Positions 36,547 to 45,904 of a stretch of DNA of 64,000 bases are shown piece after piece. The notes under the pieces are model-generated. The model saw only the letters and a program-made list of their open reading frames with translations, was not told where the DNA came from and did no database searches. The DNA comes from Escherichia phage vB_EcoM_EP57. A program made the position numbers and the translations under genes. Position 1 is the stretch's first letter; each line of letters opens with the position of its first letter. The stretch lies in sequence record OR544956; one strand, given 5' to 3'.

Positions 36547-37109
36547 TGGGTTGTTTTAGCTTTTTGTGCAAAGAATCGGGCAAAGCTGCCCTTTCTACTT
36601 CTTTCGACGGATCACCTTGCTACCTCTTTCTTTTGAAGGACGGTGTTGTTATTGAAGAGATGTATGGCAACTATGATAGTTATGGTTGTGTTTTCTCTGG
36701 AAAGGAGGATGAAAACGGCGTTCGTGAACGATTTGAATGGGCTATGGATTGGGGTAAGGTTTGTGATTTGATGCATTCCTCAAATCCAAGGGACGGTATC
36801 GCTATGGTGCTGGAAGAGTACTTTACAGGTGAAATCCCTACAGAACAATCTGACGGAGATCCTAACCAAGGTTGGGGTGATGGTGAAGAAGATCCAGATT
36901 GTTTTTTCAGCACAGAAAAGAATAAGTTTAAACGTGTTGACAACCCTTATCACAAAGTGCATAATACTCTCATTGAAACAGAAGATGACAAGATGGAAAT
37001 TGAAGAAGATGATCCTCTTGTAACACTTCCTGTAAGTGAGTTACAAAAGATCACTAAGGAAGCTTACGATTTGGGCTTCAAAATTGGTAGAGGAGGTATG
37101 CGTGTTTAG
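36546..37109 (+). CDS. acidic hypothetical protein (187 aa)
   Basis: ORF. Confidence 0.55.
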   Translation: MGCFSFLCKESGKAALSTSFDGSPCYLFLLKDGVVIEEMYGNYDSYGCVFSGKEDENGVRERFEWAMDWGKVCDLMHSSNPRDGIAMVLEEYFTGEIPTEQSDGDPNQGWGDGEEDPDCFFSTEKNKFKRVDNPYHKVHNTLIETEDDKMEIEEDDPLVTLPVSELQKITKEAYDLGFKIGRGGMRV

Positions 37110-37380
37110 ATTCAATATTCAAGAAGAAAAAAGTCAGGATTTACCTATTGCTTTCGAAGATCTTGACGTAGGGGCCACATTCATGTATTATGATGCCTAT
37201 GAAGACGCAGGGTTGGATACCTACCGTAACTTGGTGTTCATTAAAAATTCCACAAACAGTGCGATCTGTATTAATGGATCACTAGCACAACGAGGCTATA
37301 CTCATTGCATCCCACCAGATACAAATATGGTGGAAGTAGATTTAGAAGTTACCAATATTACACTTAAGAAGGAGAAATAA
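37102..37380 (+). CDS. small protein, paralog family member A (92 aa)
   Basis: GTG after GAGGAGG; paralog of 38402..38671. Confidence 0.5.
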   Translation: MFRFNIQEEKSQDLPIAFEDLDVGATFMYYDAYEDAGLDTYRNLVFIKNSTNSAICINGSLAQRGYTHCIPPDTNMVEVDLEVTNITLKKEK

Positions 37381-37381
37381 T

Positions 37382-38176
37382 ATGTCCGAGAAAATCAGCC
37401 TGAAAAAACGTCAAGAAAACCTTGCTTTCTCTCTGAAAAAGAATAAGAACCTGAATGAAGGTAAGATTGTTCTTCGTGTAGCATGTGCTCTAGATATTTC
37501 TGGTAGTATGCATGGTCTATATTCTAGTGGGGTAGTGAGTGATTTTGTAGGTAAACTGCTTCCTTTTGGTATGCTGTTCGACGATAATCAACAAATTGAT
37601 ATGTGGGCCTTCAATACGAGTTCCCAAGAGCTTACTCCAGCAACAGCAGATGTTTACGATGACTATGTTGGTAAATGTATGCGTAATGTTCGTATCGGAG
37701 GTGGAACAAATTACGCCCCTGTAATGGCGGATATCTACGATGAGTATTTTGGCACTGTTACTAAATATATTACCACTAAACAAGTGGTACAAGAGGAGGC
37801 TCCAAAGAAAGGTTTCTTTAATCGTCTACTTGGTAAAACTGAAACAGTATCTGTAGAGCGTGAAAAGGTCGTAGCTGTATCTGAACCAGGTGCTGACGTT
37901 ACCCCTGGTGTTGTATTCTTCCAGACAGACGGTGAGAATGGTGATCCTAGTGCTGTTCGTCGTCTTATCGAAGAGAATAAGAATAAACCTATTTATTGGT
38001 TCATGGTTGGCGTTGGTAATGAGAAGTTTGGCTTCCTGAAAGAACTGGCAAATGCTTATGATAATGTTGGTTTTATTGGCATTAAAGATTTAGACTTGAC
38101 AGATTCAGAGCTTTATGACAAACTCTTATCTGAAGAGTTCGGAGAGTGGGTTGTTAAAGTAGGTGCTAAAAAATGA
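37382..38176 (+). CDS. vWA-domain protein, TerY-like
   Basis: MIDAS motif DISGSM; TerD-like N-terminus ISLKK. Confidence 0.65.
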   Translation: MSEKISLKKRQENLAFSLKKNKNLNEGKIVLRVACALDISGSMHGLYSSGVVSDFVGKLLPFGMLFDDNQQIDMWAFNTSSQELTPATADVYDDYVGKCMRNVRIGGGTNYAPVMADIYDEYFGTVTKYITTKQVVQEEAPKKGFFNRLLGKTETVSVEREKVVAVSEPGADVTPGVVFFQTDGENGDPSAVRRLIEENKNKPIYWFMVGVGNEKFGFLKELANAYDNVGFIGIKDLDLTDSELYDKLLSEEFGEWVVKVGAKK

Positions 38177-38421
38177 TCGACGAGCTTGCCTCTCAAGTCA
38201 TAGAAAATTATTGGCGCGAGAGAGAAGCTTTCATTATGCGCAGTCTCAAAGAGTATTTCATTGGGACTGTGCGAATGGAAGATATTGTAAGTAGAGTAGA
38301 GATTCATGTATGGCCCGATTATGAAGAATGGGTTGACAAAGAAAATGAAAATGCTATAATTCTTCGTATATACAAACCGGAGATAACATTAGGAGGAAGA
38401 AGTGTTAAACTTCGAAATTGA
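38173..38421 (+). CDS. hypothetical protein (82 aa)
   Basis: ORF. Confidence 0.5.
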   Translation: MIDELASQVIENYWREREAFIMRSLKEYFIGTVRMEDIVSRVEIHVWPDYEEWVDKENENAIILRIYKPEITLGGRSVKLRN

Positions 38422-38671
38422 TGAGCAAAAAGTAAATAAACGATGCCTTACCATTAAAGATTTGGATGTAGGAGATACTTTCGTCTATGAAAATGCATTT
38501 GACGAAAATGGTTTAGACCTTAGTGAAATCATTGTTTATTTAAAAGTAGATGATGGGGAAAATGATTATTCTGCTGTAGAACTAAACCATCATGCACAAT
38601 TAGTATCAATCCAAAACACATCTAAGCTTTTGGAAGTAGAATTGACTGTAACTGGTATTACACTTAAATAA
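38402..38671 (+). CDS. small protein, paralog family member B (89 aa)
   Basis: GTG after AGGAGGAAG; shares DLDVG.TF.Y..A.D..GLD and EV.L.VT.ITLK. Confidence 0.5.
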   Translation: MLNFEIDEQKVNKRCLTIKDLDVGDTFVYENAFDENGLDLSEIIVYLKVDDGENDYSAVELNHHAQLVSIQNTSKLLEVELTVTGITLK

Positions 38672-38686
38672 TAGAGGAGACAAAAG

Positions 38687-39289
38687 ATGACTGATAAAAT
38701 TTCCCTGAAAAAAGGCTCTAGCGAAAAAATTTCCCTGAAGAAAGTTGCTCCGGCTCTGAAAGAACTACGCCTGGAATTCTCTTGGAAATCTGATTCTAAA
38801 CTAGATCTGGATGTAAGTGCACTGGTTTGTCGTCACAATGCCGCTGGCAATCCTGAAATGCTGTCTGCACGTCATCTGGTTTGCTATGCTAACAAGTTTG
38901 ATCCTGAACGTTCTACCTTCGCTGGTGACGATGTTCGTGATGGAACTGGCAGCATGGAGCAGATTGATATTACTCTGGCTAAAATCTCTCCTGATGCACA
39001 AGAGATTGCCTTTGTTCTGACCATTGATGATGATACAGGTCTGAAACGTTTTGGTCATGCTTCTGAAGGTATGCTTAAAATCTTCGACTCCGAGCGCAAT
39101 GTGGAAATTCTGGATTTTGACTTCCTGGCTCCTGAAGTAGCTGGCAACACAATCTGCCACGTGGCTTCCTTGGTTCGTGAAGATGGGGAATGGAAGCTGA
39201 AAGCATATGGTGTAGGTAAAGCTGGTCTGGATATTTGTGATGTGGTGATGGCCTTCGGTGGTAAAAAAGAATGGTATGAATGTCCGTAA
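38687..39289 (+). CDS. terD: TerD-family stress protein
   Basis: ISLKKG repeats, LDLDVSAL, GDDVRDGTG, GEWKLKAYGVG; highly optimised codons. Confidence 0.8.
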   Translation: MTDKISLKKGSSEKISLKKVAPALKELRLEFSWKSDSKLDLDVSALVCRHNAAGNPEMLSARHLVCYANKFDPERSTFAGDDVRDGTGSMEQIDITLAKISPDAQEIAFVLTIDDDTGLKRFGHASEGMLKIFDSERNVEILDFDFLAPEVAGNTICHVASLVREDGEWKLKAYGVGKAGLDICDVVMAFGGKKEWYECP

Positions 39290-39307
39290 TAATTAACAAA
39301 TGATTTT

Positions 39308-39330
39308 GAGGGGGAGAAATCCCCCTCTTG
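39308..39330 (+). terminator. hairpin, possible weak terminator
   Basis: GAGGGGG-AGAAAT-CCCCCTC, short U-tract. Confidence 0.35.
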
Positions 39331-39356
39331 CAATAAAGCCTCTATCGTGTTATACT
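39328..39356 (+). promoter_or_regulatory. sigma70-type promoter
   Basis: TTGCAA-N17-TATACT upstream of 39389. Confidence 0.5.
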
Positions 39357-39388
39357 AGAAATTCGTTAACTTAAAAAGGAGGCAAAAT

Positions 39389-39910
39389 TTGCTGATAAAA
39401 AACTTTGTAACAGTTGCGTTACTATCCTTAACTGCTTTTACATTTACACCTGTTGTGGCGAAAGCCGAAGCTGCAAACGTAAAAACCGCTAAAGTAGTTC
39501 ACAAATGTACAAAGCAATATAATGATAAAATTCTATTAGCTTGTGCAATTTACGCAGAAGGTCGCGGTCTGGGTAAAAAAGGAATGAATGCCGTTGGGAA
39601 TGTGGTAATCAACAGAAGAAATGATACCTACTTCCCTAACACAGTCAGAGGAGTCTTGTTCCAGAAAGGGCAATTCTCATATGCGAAAACTTTTAACGTA
39701 ACAGAGAAAGATAAGTGGCAGGAAGCAAAAGCAATAGCGGAGCGTTTACTTTATTTAGAGAAACATTTTCCTGAATTGCGGTCTGTTTTAGATGTTACTA
39801 AAGGTGCTCTATACTTCAAGAAACGGAATATAAGAACACACTGGGAACGTGATATGCGTCTTGTTTATCGAGATAAAGTGCATGGTTTCTATCTACCAAA
39901 GGGGAGTTAA
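39389..39910 (+). CDS. secreted SleB/CwlJ-like cell-wall hydrolase
   Basis: signal peptide; AIYAEGRG..VGNVVINR. Confidence 0.6.
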   Translation: MLIKNFVTVALLSLTAFTFTPVVAKAEAANVKTAKVVHKCTKQYNDKILLACAIYAEGRGLGKKGMNAVGNVVINRRNDTYFPNTVRGVLFQKGQFSYAKTFNVTEKDKWQEAKAIAERLLYLEKHFPELRSVLDVTKGALYFKKRNIRTHWERDMRLVYRDKVHGFYLPKGS

Positions 39911-39911
39911 A

Positions 39912-40196
39912 ATGCAAGAAGATAATACTGTTGTTGTAGCAAGTTACCTGGTTGTCGGTCTTACTGAAGAGGATGTATACTACACCCGTAAGCATTTAGA
40001 AGCATACGCTACTTTGTTTATGGAAGATGAAAAGGATGTAGATAAATATAGCATTGACATGATCAACGACAGTATTTATCCTTGTATGGTTCTTAAAGTA
40101 GATGCTGTGTTGTGGGAGCGTTTTGCAAGGACTCATGATGCTGTAGAATGCTCCGCAGTAATGTCTCAAAACAACATTTTAGGGGAGATTCACTGA
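39912..40196 (+). CDS. hypothetical protein (94 aa)
   Basis: ORF trimmed to ATG. Confidence 0.5.
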   Translation: MQEDNTVVVASYLVVGLTEEDVYYTRKHLEAYATLFMEDEKDVDKYSIDMINDSIYPCMVLKVDAVLWERFARTHDAVECSAVMSQNNILGEIH

Positions 40197-40420
40197 TGGG
40201 AGAAGTCATTGAAGTCAATTTTCGCACTAAACAGAAAGTGCAAAAATATGTCGTTATTAAAAACATTTGCGTTGTCTGCTTCAATACAGTAATATACGAC
40301 TCACGACGCGGAGAAAACGAACCTTACATTGAAATTTCTAAGAACAAAGGTCAATGTATTTGTAAGAACTGTGCAGTAGCTATTAAGGAGGTTGTAAATG
40401 AAAACGCTTGGGACCAATGA
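40196..40420 (+). CDS. Cys-rich small protein (74 aa)
   Basis: C..C ... C..C spacing. Confidence 0.5.
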   Translation: MGEVIEVNFRTKQKVQKYVVIKNICVVCFNTVIYDSRRGENEPYIEISKNKGQCICKNCAVAIKEVVNENAWDQ

Positions 40421-40589
40421 AACTGGCGAGATCTCTCTTCAAGAAGTGACAAACGACAAACTGATTAAACTACGGGACGTAGCCCGTGACCATCTCCAAG
40501 AATCTTTTAAAGAATATATGGAAGCACGAGATCGTGTGATCCAAATCCAACAAGAAATGATTAAACGTGGGATTGTAGCCGACAGTTAA
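40398..40589 (+). CDS. hypothetical protein (63 aa)
   Basis: ORF with AAGGAGG RBS. Confidence 0.5.
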   Translation: MKTLGTNETGEISLQEVTNDKLIKLRDVARDHLQESFKEYMEARDRVIQIQQEMIKRGIVADS

Positions 40590-40605
40590 TATAACGGAGG
40601 GGAGA

Positions 40606-41169
40606 ATGATTTATTATATTACTCCCTATCTGACAGGAAATATCGGCAAGGCTATCAATGAAGCCATTGCCGTTCTTCCAGATGATAGTTGGGTGTGTTT
40701 AAGAGATACCGATACAATGTTCCTCCTACCTGATCAACCATCTATGCTTGAAGAGCTTGTTATGTCAAACCCGCCTTTTGATGTAATAGGTGCAACTTGT
40801 AACAGGTTAGGCAGTGGTTATCAGCTTTTCTCTAACCAAATTAACGATGATCCAGATATTCTAAACCATATAGAATATGCTAAGATTGCAAGAGAATATC
40901 ATAAAGTAAATGTTGAAGAAGTTCCTTTCGGAACACCTCTGGCAGGTTTCTTTTTGCTTTTTAGAAAATCATTGTGGAATGAAATTCCTTTTGAAGAAAA
41001 ATCTATCCAATTCGACTTAATTTTCTCTCGCACTTTACATGAAAAAGGAAAGAGGTTAGGATTGATGCGGGGAATGTATCTGTTTCACATTTACAGATTA
41101 GGTCAAACAAATCCTCAACGGTCTATACATCATTTATTACACTGTCATGATCACAGTAAAACTATTTAG
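40606..41169 (+). CDS. putative GT-A-like glycosyltransferase
   Basis: DTD (DxD) after N-terminal beta-alpha-beta. Confidence 0.4.
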   Translation: MIYYITPYLTGNIGKAINEAIAVLPDDSWVCLRDTDTMFLLPDQPSMLEELVMSNPPFDVIGATCNRLGSGYQLFSNQINDDPDILNHIEYAKIAREYHKVNVEEVPFGTPLAGFFLLFRKSLWNEIPFEEKSIQFDLIFSRTLHEKGKRLGLMRGMYLFHIYRLGQTNPQRSIHHLLHCHDHSKTI

Positions 41170-41177
41170 GAGAGAAA

Positions 41178-41861
41178 ATGGAAAATATTAAAATCGGAGT
41201 GGGTGTTATCACTGTAGGTGTCCGTCCGCTTAAAGACTACCTTGTAACAGATCCACGTGCAGATTTTCGAGTATTCAACGATCCAGATCGTAAAGGTGTA
41301 GCTTATGCCAGGAATGAACTTATGCACCAGTTTTATGAAGAAGGTTATGATTATTGGTTTATTTTTGACGACGATTGCTACCCAGTCATGGAGGGATGGG
41401 AAACATATTTTGTAGATCAAGCTGTCTCTGGAGGATGGGATTTCTTTGGTATGCCGGAGTACTTCAAAGATAAAGTTGTTGGAAGCAAAGGAGAAGTTAT
41501 TCTCTGGGAACTTGCAATGTGTCAATTTGCAATGTATTCTCGTGCCGTTGTTGAGAAGATGGGTTATTTCCGTCCTTACACTCACGGTTATGGTTTTGAA
41601 GATGCTGAATGGGGACACCGTTTGCAAGCTGCTGGTTTGAATCATGGTATTCAGGCAACACCTTGTCCACTTCGTATCATGGCTTATATCCACCCAGACG
41701 ATGTTTTTGGAAACAATCCTATGCCTTTTGCTAATCTGACAAAAGAAGAGAAAGAAGCTGCTATTGGGATTAACTGGGAAGAATATAAAGCATCTTTAGA
41801 GGATATTAAAAATGGGAAAATCCGAATTTCCTATGAGGAGGCACTAGCACATGTCAAATAA
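41178..41861 (+). CDS. GT-A (family 2-like) glycosyltransferase
   Basis: FDDDCYP DxD and GFEDAEWG. Confidence 0.55.
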   Translation: MENIKIGVGVITVGVRPLKDYLVTDPRADFRVFNDPDRKGVAYARNELMHQFYEEGYDYWFIFDDDCYPVMEGWETYFVDQAVSGGWDFFGMPEYFKDKVVGSKGEVILWELAMCQFAMYSRAVVEKMGYFRPYTHGYGFEDAEWGHRLQAAGLNHGIQATPCPLRIMAYIHPDDVFGNNPMPFANLTKEEKEAAIGINWEEYKASLEDIKNGKIRISYEEALAHVK

Positions 41862-42798
41862 AAAATGGTCTAAACTAAAAATTGATGCAAAACCTCACAG
41901 CGGTTGTGACTATCATCGTATTGTTATGCCATTTAACAACAATAATATTCAACCTAAGAAAGATGCTGTTGTGTTTAACCGTATCCACTCTAAAGGTGCA
42001 GAATACGTTTTATCTTTGAAACGTCAAGGTGTTAAGATTGTTGTAGATTTAGATGATTTCTACCAACTTAATCCAGAACATTATTTAGCAAGTCTATACG
42101 AGTCAAACACTCATGCTATTGTAGCTATGGTTAAGCTTGCGGATGTGGTTATTGTGACTACGGAATATTTGGCATATAAGATCCGTCACTTAAATAGGAA
42201 TGTTGTTGTGATCCGAAATGCACTTCCTTTTGATAGTGGACAATTCACTTTGTCAAATGATCGTTCATCCGGTACCCCTGTTGTATGGGCTGGCGGTGCT
42301 AGTCACGAACCAGACTTACGACTAGTCTCTAATACTTTCGATGATGAACTTCTTACTATTGCGGGATATGAAACATCACAAAGCATCACGGGACAAGAGT
42401 GGATTAAGATTCGCAGAAATTTACCAAATGCTAAATATAAAGCCGCTGTAAAAGATTTAGATAATTACATGAGTGTTTACGAAAGTCATGCTATTGCTAT
42501 AGCTCCTTTGGTAGATAACGATTTTAATAATTGTAAAAGTAATCTCAAAATCCTGGAAGCTGGAGCAAAAGGTATTCCAATTGTTTGTTCTAAGGTATTA
42601 CCTTATTTTAACCCTGTAGATGCTCGCGCTGTTGCTTACGCAGAGAATAAAGCAGAATGGCATTACGAAATTGTTAAGCTTCTTCGCAATCCAAACTATC
42701 GGGAAGATCGTGGCTTGTTCTTGGCTGAACATGTTCGAACACATTATAATCTGGCAGATGCAAACGAGTTGCGACGCCAGGTTATTGAAAGTTTGTAG
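41851..42798 (+). CDS. GT-B-fold glycosyltransferase
   Basis: KSNLKILEAGAKGIPIV donor-binding motif. Confidence 0.6.
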   Translation: MSNKKWSKLKIDAKPHSGCDYHRIVMPFNNNNIQPKKDAVVFNRIHSKGAEYVLSLKRQGVKIVVDLDDFYQLNPEHYLASLYESNTHAIVAMVKLADVVIVTTEYLAYKIRHLNRNVVVIRNALPFDSGQFTLSNDRSSGTPVVWAGGASHEPDLRLVSNTFDDELLTIAGYETSQSITGQEWIKIRRNLPNAKYKAAVKDLDNYMSVYESHAIAIAPLVDNDFNNCKSNLKILEAGAKGIPIVCSKVLPYFNPVDARAVAYAENKAEWHYEIVKLLRNPNYREDRGLFLAEHVRTHYNLADANELRRQVIESL

Positions 42799-42805
42799 GT
42801 GAAGT

Positions 42806-43750
42806 ATGGGACAAATAATTCTTGACAATCGTAACGGAATCAATTATAGTGTCTGCGATTTCCATAGGGTAGTGCTGCCTTACTCAAGGCAGTTCTCTTC
42901 ACAACCTAAACACAACGTTTTCGTTTTTAACGGGGTGCCAACAAAAGGTAAAGAGGGCTTTTTAGCCCTTAAAAACCTAGGCTTTAAAATGGTTATGGAT
43001 TTGGATGACTCTTTAGTTATTCCAAAAGGACACATGTTAGAAGGTATTTTTGAATCAGGTATTCGTGAACATTTAAAATGGTTTTTAGAGCACAGCGATC
43101 TTGTTACAACTACGACACCTGCTTTGCAAGTTGAACTTTCACAATACAATGATAATGTGCACATAATCCCTAATGGACTTCCTTACGATGAAGGTCAATT
43201 TGTGTTGACCCGTGATCGCTACTCCAAAACTCCATTAGTCTGGGCTGGAAGTGAAACACATAAACAAGATTTGGCTATCTTGCCCGATTTTGGTAAAGAT
43301 CTTACAATATGTGGTTTTCGTAGGGATTCTGAAGTTTTAAGTAGTCGTGAATGGTCTGTGATCAGAGAAAATGTAGCACCAACTTGTGTTTATGAAGGTG
43401 TAAGACCATATGCCAACTACATGGAATCTTACGATGGTCATCAAATCAGTCTTGCGCCATTGATTGATAACGTGTTTAATAATGCAAAAAGCAATCTTAA
43501 AATTCTTGAGGCAGGTGCTAAGGGTTTACCTTTGATTTGTTCTCCTCGTGAGAATTATCATACACAAGAGTTTAAAGATTTGTTATTCTTTGCTGAAACA
43601 CCTTCCGAGTGGAAAGATATTACGGAATACTTATTAAGTGCTCCCGATGTTTGCATGGAGAAAGGATTAGCATTAGCTAAGTATGTCAGGACTCATTATC
43701 ACATTGATGTGTTGAATGAGCGTCGTAGACTTTTATTTGAGGAGCTATAA
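42806..43750 (+). CDS. GT-B-fold glycosyltransferase, tandem paralog
   Basis: KSNLKILEAGAKGLPLI; colinear with previous gene. Confidence 0.6.
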   Translation: MGQIILDNRNGINYSVCDFHRVVLPYSRQFSSQPKHNVFVFNGVPTKGKEGFLALKNLGFKMVMDLDDSLVIPKGHMLEGIFESGIREHLKWFLEHSDLVTTTTPALQVELSQYNDNVHIIPNGLPYDEGQFVLTRDRYSKTPLVWAGSETHKQDLAILPDFGKDLTICGFRRDSEVLSSREWSVIRENVAPTCVYEGVRPYANYMESYDGHQISLAPLIDNVFNNAKSNLKILEAGAKGLPLICSPRENYHTQEFKDLLFFAETPSEWKDITEYLLSAPDVCMEKGLALAKYVRTHYHIDVLNERRRLLFEEL

Positions 43751-44028
43751 TGATTAACACTTTTGATTTTGAATACACCACTCGTAACGGGAAAGCTTTA
43801 GTCGTGGAGGTGGATTACTATTATGAAGAGCCTAACCCGCTTTCTCGTGAAAGTGATTGGGATTACCACGGAGGGCTTTTAATCGACGGTATTCGTTTTT
43901 ATGAAGGCTCTACAGAAGTTTTTGAAAAAGATTTAAATGTAACTGTAGCAGAAATTGCTTTCCAATTTAGAAAGCACATGGAAGAACTAGAAGCAGAATA
44001 TATGATGGAGACTAACGAACCATTTTAA
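43750..44028 (+). CDS. hypothetical protein (92 aa)
   Basis: ORF. Confidence 0.5.
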   Translation: MINTFDFEYTTRNGKALVVEVDYYYEEPNPLSRESDWDYHGGLLIDGIRFYEGSTEVFEKDLNVTVAEIAFQFRKHMEELEAEYMMETNEPF

Positions 44029-44040
44029 CAGGAGAACAAA

Positions 44041-45812
44041 GTGTCGCACATTATAACTAAATATGGATTTGATGTTGATCTTAGCAAGGAAGGGCATACA
44101 GGTTGTCCGCGCTGCATGAAAAATGGCAAGGATCGCTCTCGTAATAACCTGATGGTTTATGGATTAGATTCTAATGGAGAGCATAAAGGTGCTAAGTGCT
44201 TTGCGTGTGAATACACTATTCCTAGCGTAGAATGGTTACGAGAAAATGGTGAAGTTTTAGAAGAAGAGGAGGAGATTGTGGGTTCGGAATTTAATAAACA
44301 GATTCATCGTAAAATTGTTCAAGAAACATCAACCAACCCACGTGGTTATCGAGGCATTAAAGAAAAAGTTTCATCTTTCTATGGCGTTCGTTATGAATAC
44401 CGTCAGGAAGGGGATCAGATGGTAGTAGAAAGTTGTTTATATCCGACTACCATCGGTAAAGAGTTGGTTGGTTTTAAGCGTCGTATTCATCCTAAAGATT
44501 TCAGTAAACCTATTGGTCAAGTAGGTAAAGATGTAGATCTTTTTGGACAAATTCGTTTTGCAGACCGTTCTCATACTGTGGTAATTACAGGTGGTGAACA
44601 CGATGCTCTGGCAGCTTATCAAATGCTGTCTGAAAACTTGGACAACAAATATGAACTTCCAGCAGTAGTTAGTGGCACAACTGGTGAAACCAGTATGTAT
44701 AAACAAGTTCAGGCACAATATCCTTTCTTTGAAAAATTTAAGAAGATTATTGTTTGCATGGATAATGACAAAGCAGGTAATGAGGCATTTGAAAATATTG
44801 TTAAGGTGCTGCCTCGTAACAAAGTCTACCGTATGCAGATGGATCTAAAGGATGCCAATCAGTATCTGGAAGAAGGCCGTGCAAAAGATTTCGTAAAAGC
44901 TTTTTGGAGTGCTCGTCTATACACCCCAGCAGGTGTTTATGCTTCTAATGTCTTGTATGAAGCTGCATTAGAATGCTTGGAATCCAAGATGATTACCTTG
45001 CCTCCTTTTATGCGTGTTGCTGCAAACATGCTGGGTGGTGGTTTAGTAGAGGAAGAGATTACCGTCATCCTGGCAAAGACCAGTATCGGTAAAACTTTGA
45101 TGGTGAACGAGATCACCAAACATATTATTGTTGCGCACCCAGAACATACCCTAGGTATTCTGTCCTTGGAAGCAACTTATAAGAAATATTCTCGTAACCT
45201 GTTGTCCTCGTTCCTGCATATTCCTCTACACAGGAAAACACCGGAAGAGAAATTTCAAATCTTGGAAGAGAATAAAGAAAAAATCCTAGATTTTTACGAA
45301 AGAGAAGATGGATCACCACGTTTTTATGTGTGTGATGATCGTGGAGCAGATGTGGAGTCTATCAAAGAAAAAGTTTTGGAGATGATCATCTATTTTGGAG
45401 TAACAATTCTTGTTATCGACCCTTATTCTGATTTGCTTTCTGGTATGGATGTTCAAGCCCAGGAAGAGTTAGCAACATGGTTGAAGCGCATCATGAAAGA
45501 GTATGCTATAACCATTATCCACACGTTAAGAAGTCGGCTAATGGTGGCAATGAACACTTAACAGAGGACGATGCAATGGGTAGTAGTTTCTTGGCTAAAG
45601 GTGCTGGTATTACCTTGGCTTTGGAACGAGATAAAGCCGCTGAAGACCCTGTAGAACGCAATACGACTCATTGCTTTATCCTAAAAAACCGTGAGTTCTC
45701 GGAAACTGGTCCGGCAGGGCAGTTTTACTATGACATTAGAACTGCAACTCTGCATGACAAAGAGCAGTATTTCAACAATCCTGCTAATTTGCCTACGGAT
45801 AGCAACTATTAA
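44041..45812 (+). CDS. T7 gp4-like primase-helicase, frameshifted
   Basis: Zn ribbon, TOPRIM, Walker A/B, C-terminal HVKK..GG..ALER in next frame; ORFs 44041..45561 and 45477..45812. Confidence 0.75.
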
Positions 45813-45832
45813 GGGCTTCGGCCCTTTTATTA
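45813..45832 (+). terminator. rho-independent terminator
   Basis: GGGCTTCGGCCC plus TTTTATT. Confidence 0.65.
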
Positions 45833-45842
45833 AAAATACCTG

Positions 45843-45871
45843 TTGACAACTTTACGGAAGAGATTTATACT
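45843..45871 (+). promoter_or_regulatory. sigma70-type promoter
   Basis: TTGACA-N17-TATACT then AAGAGGAG RBS. Confidence 0.6.
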
Positions 45872-45904
45872 TGTCTCATCAACCAAACAAGAGGAGAAGT
45901 AAAA

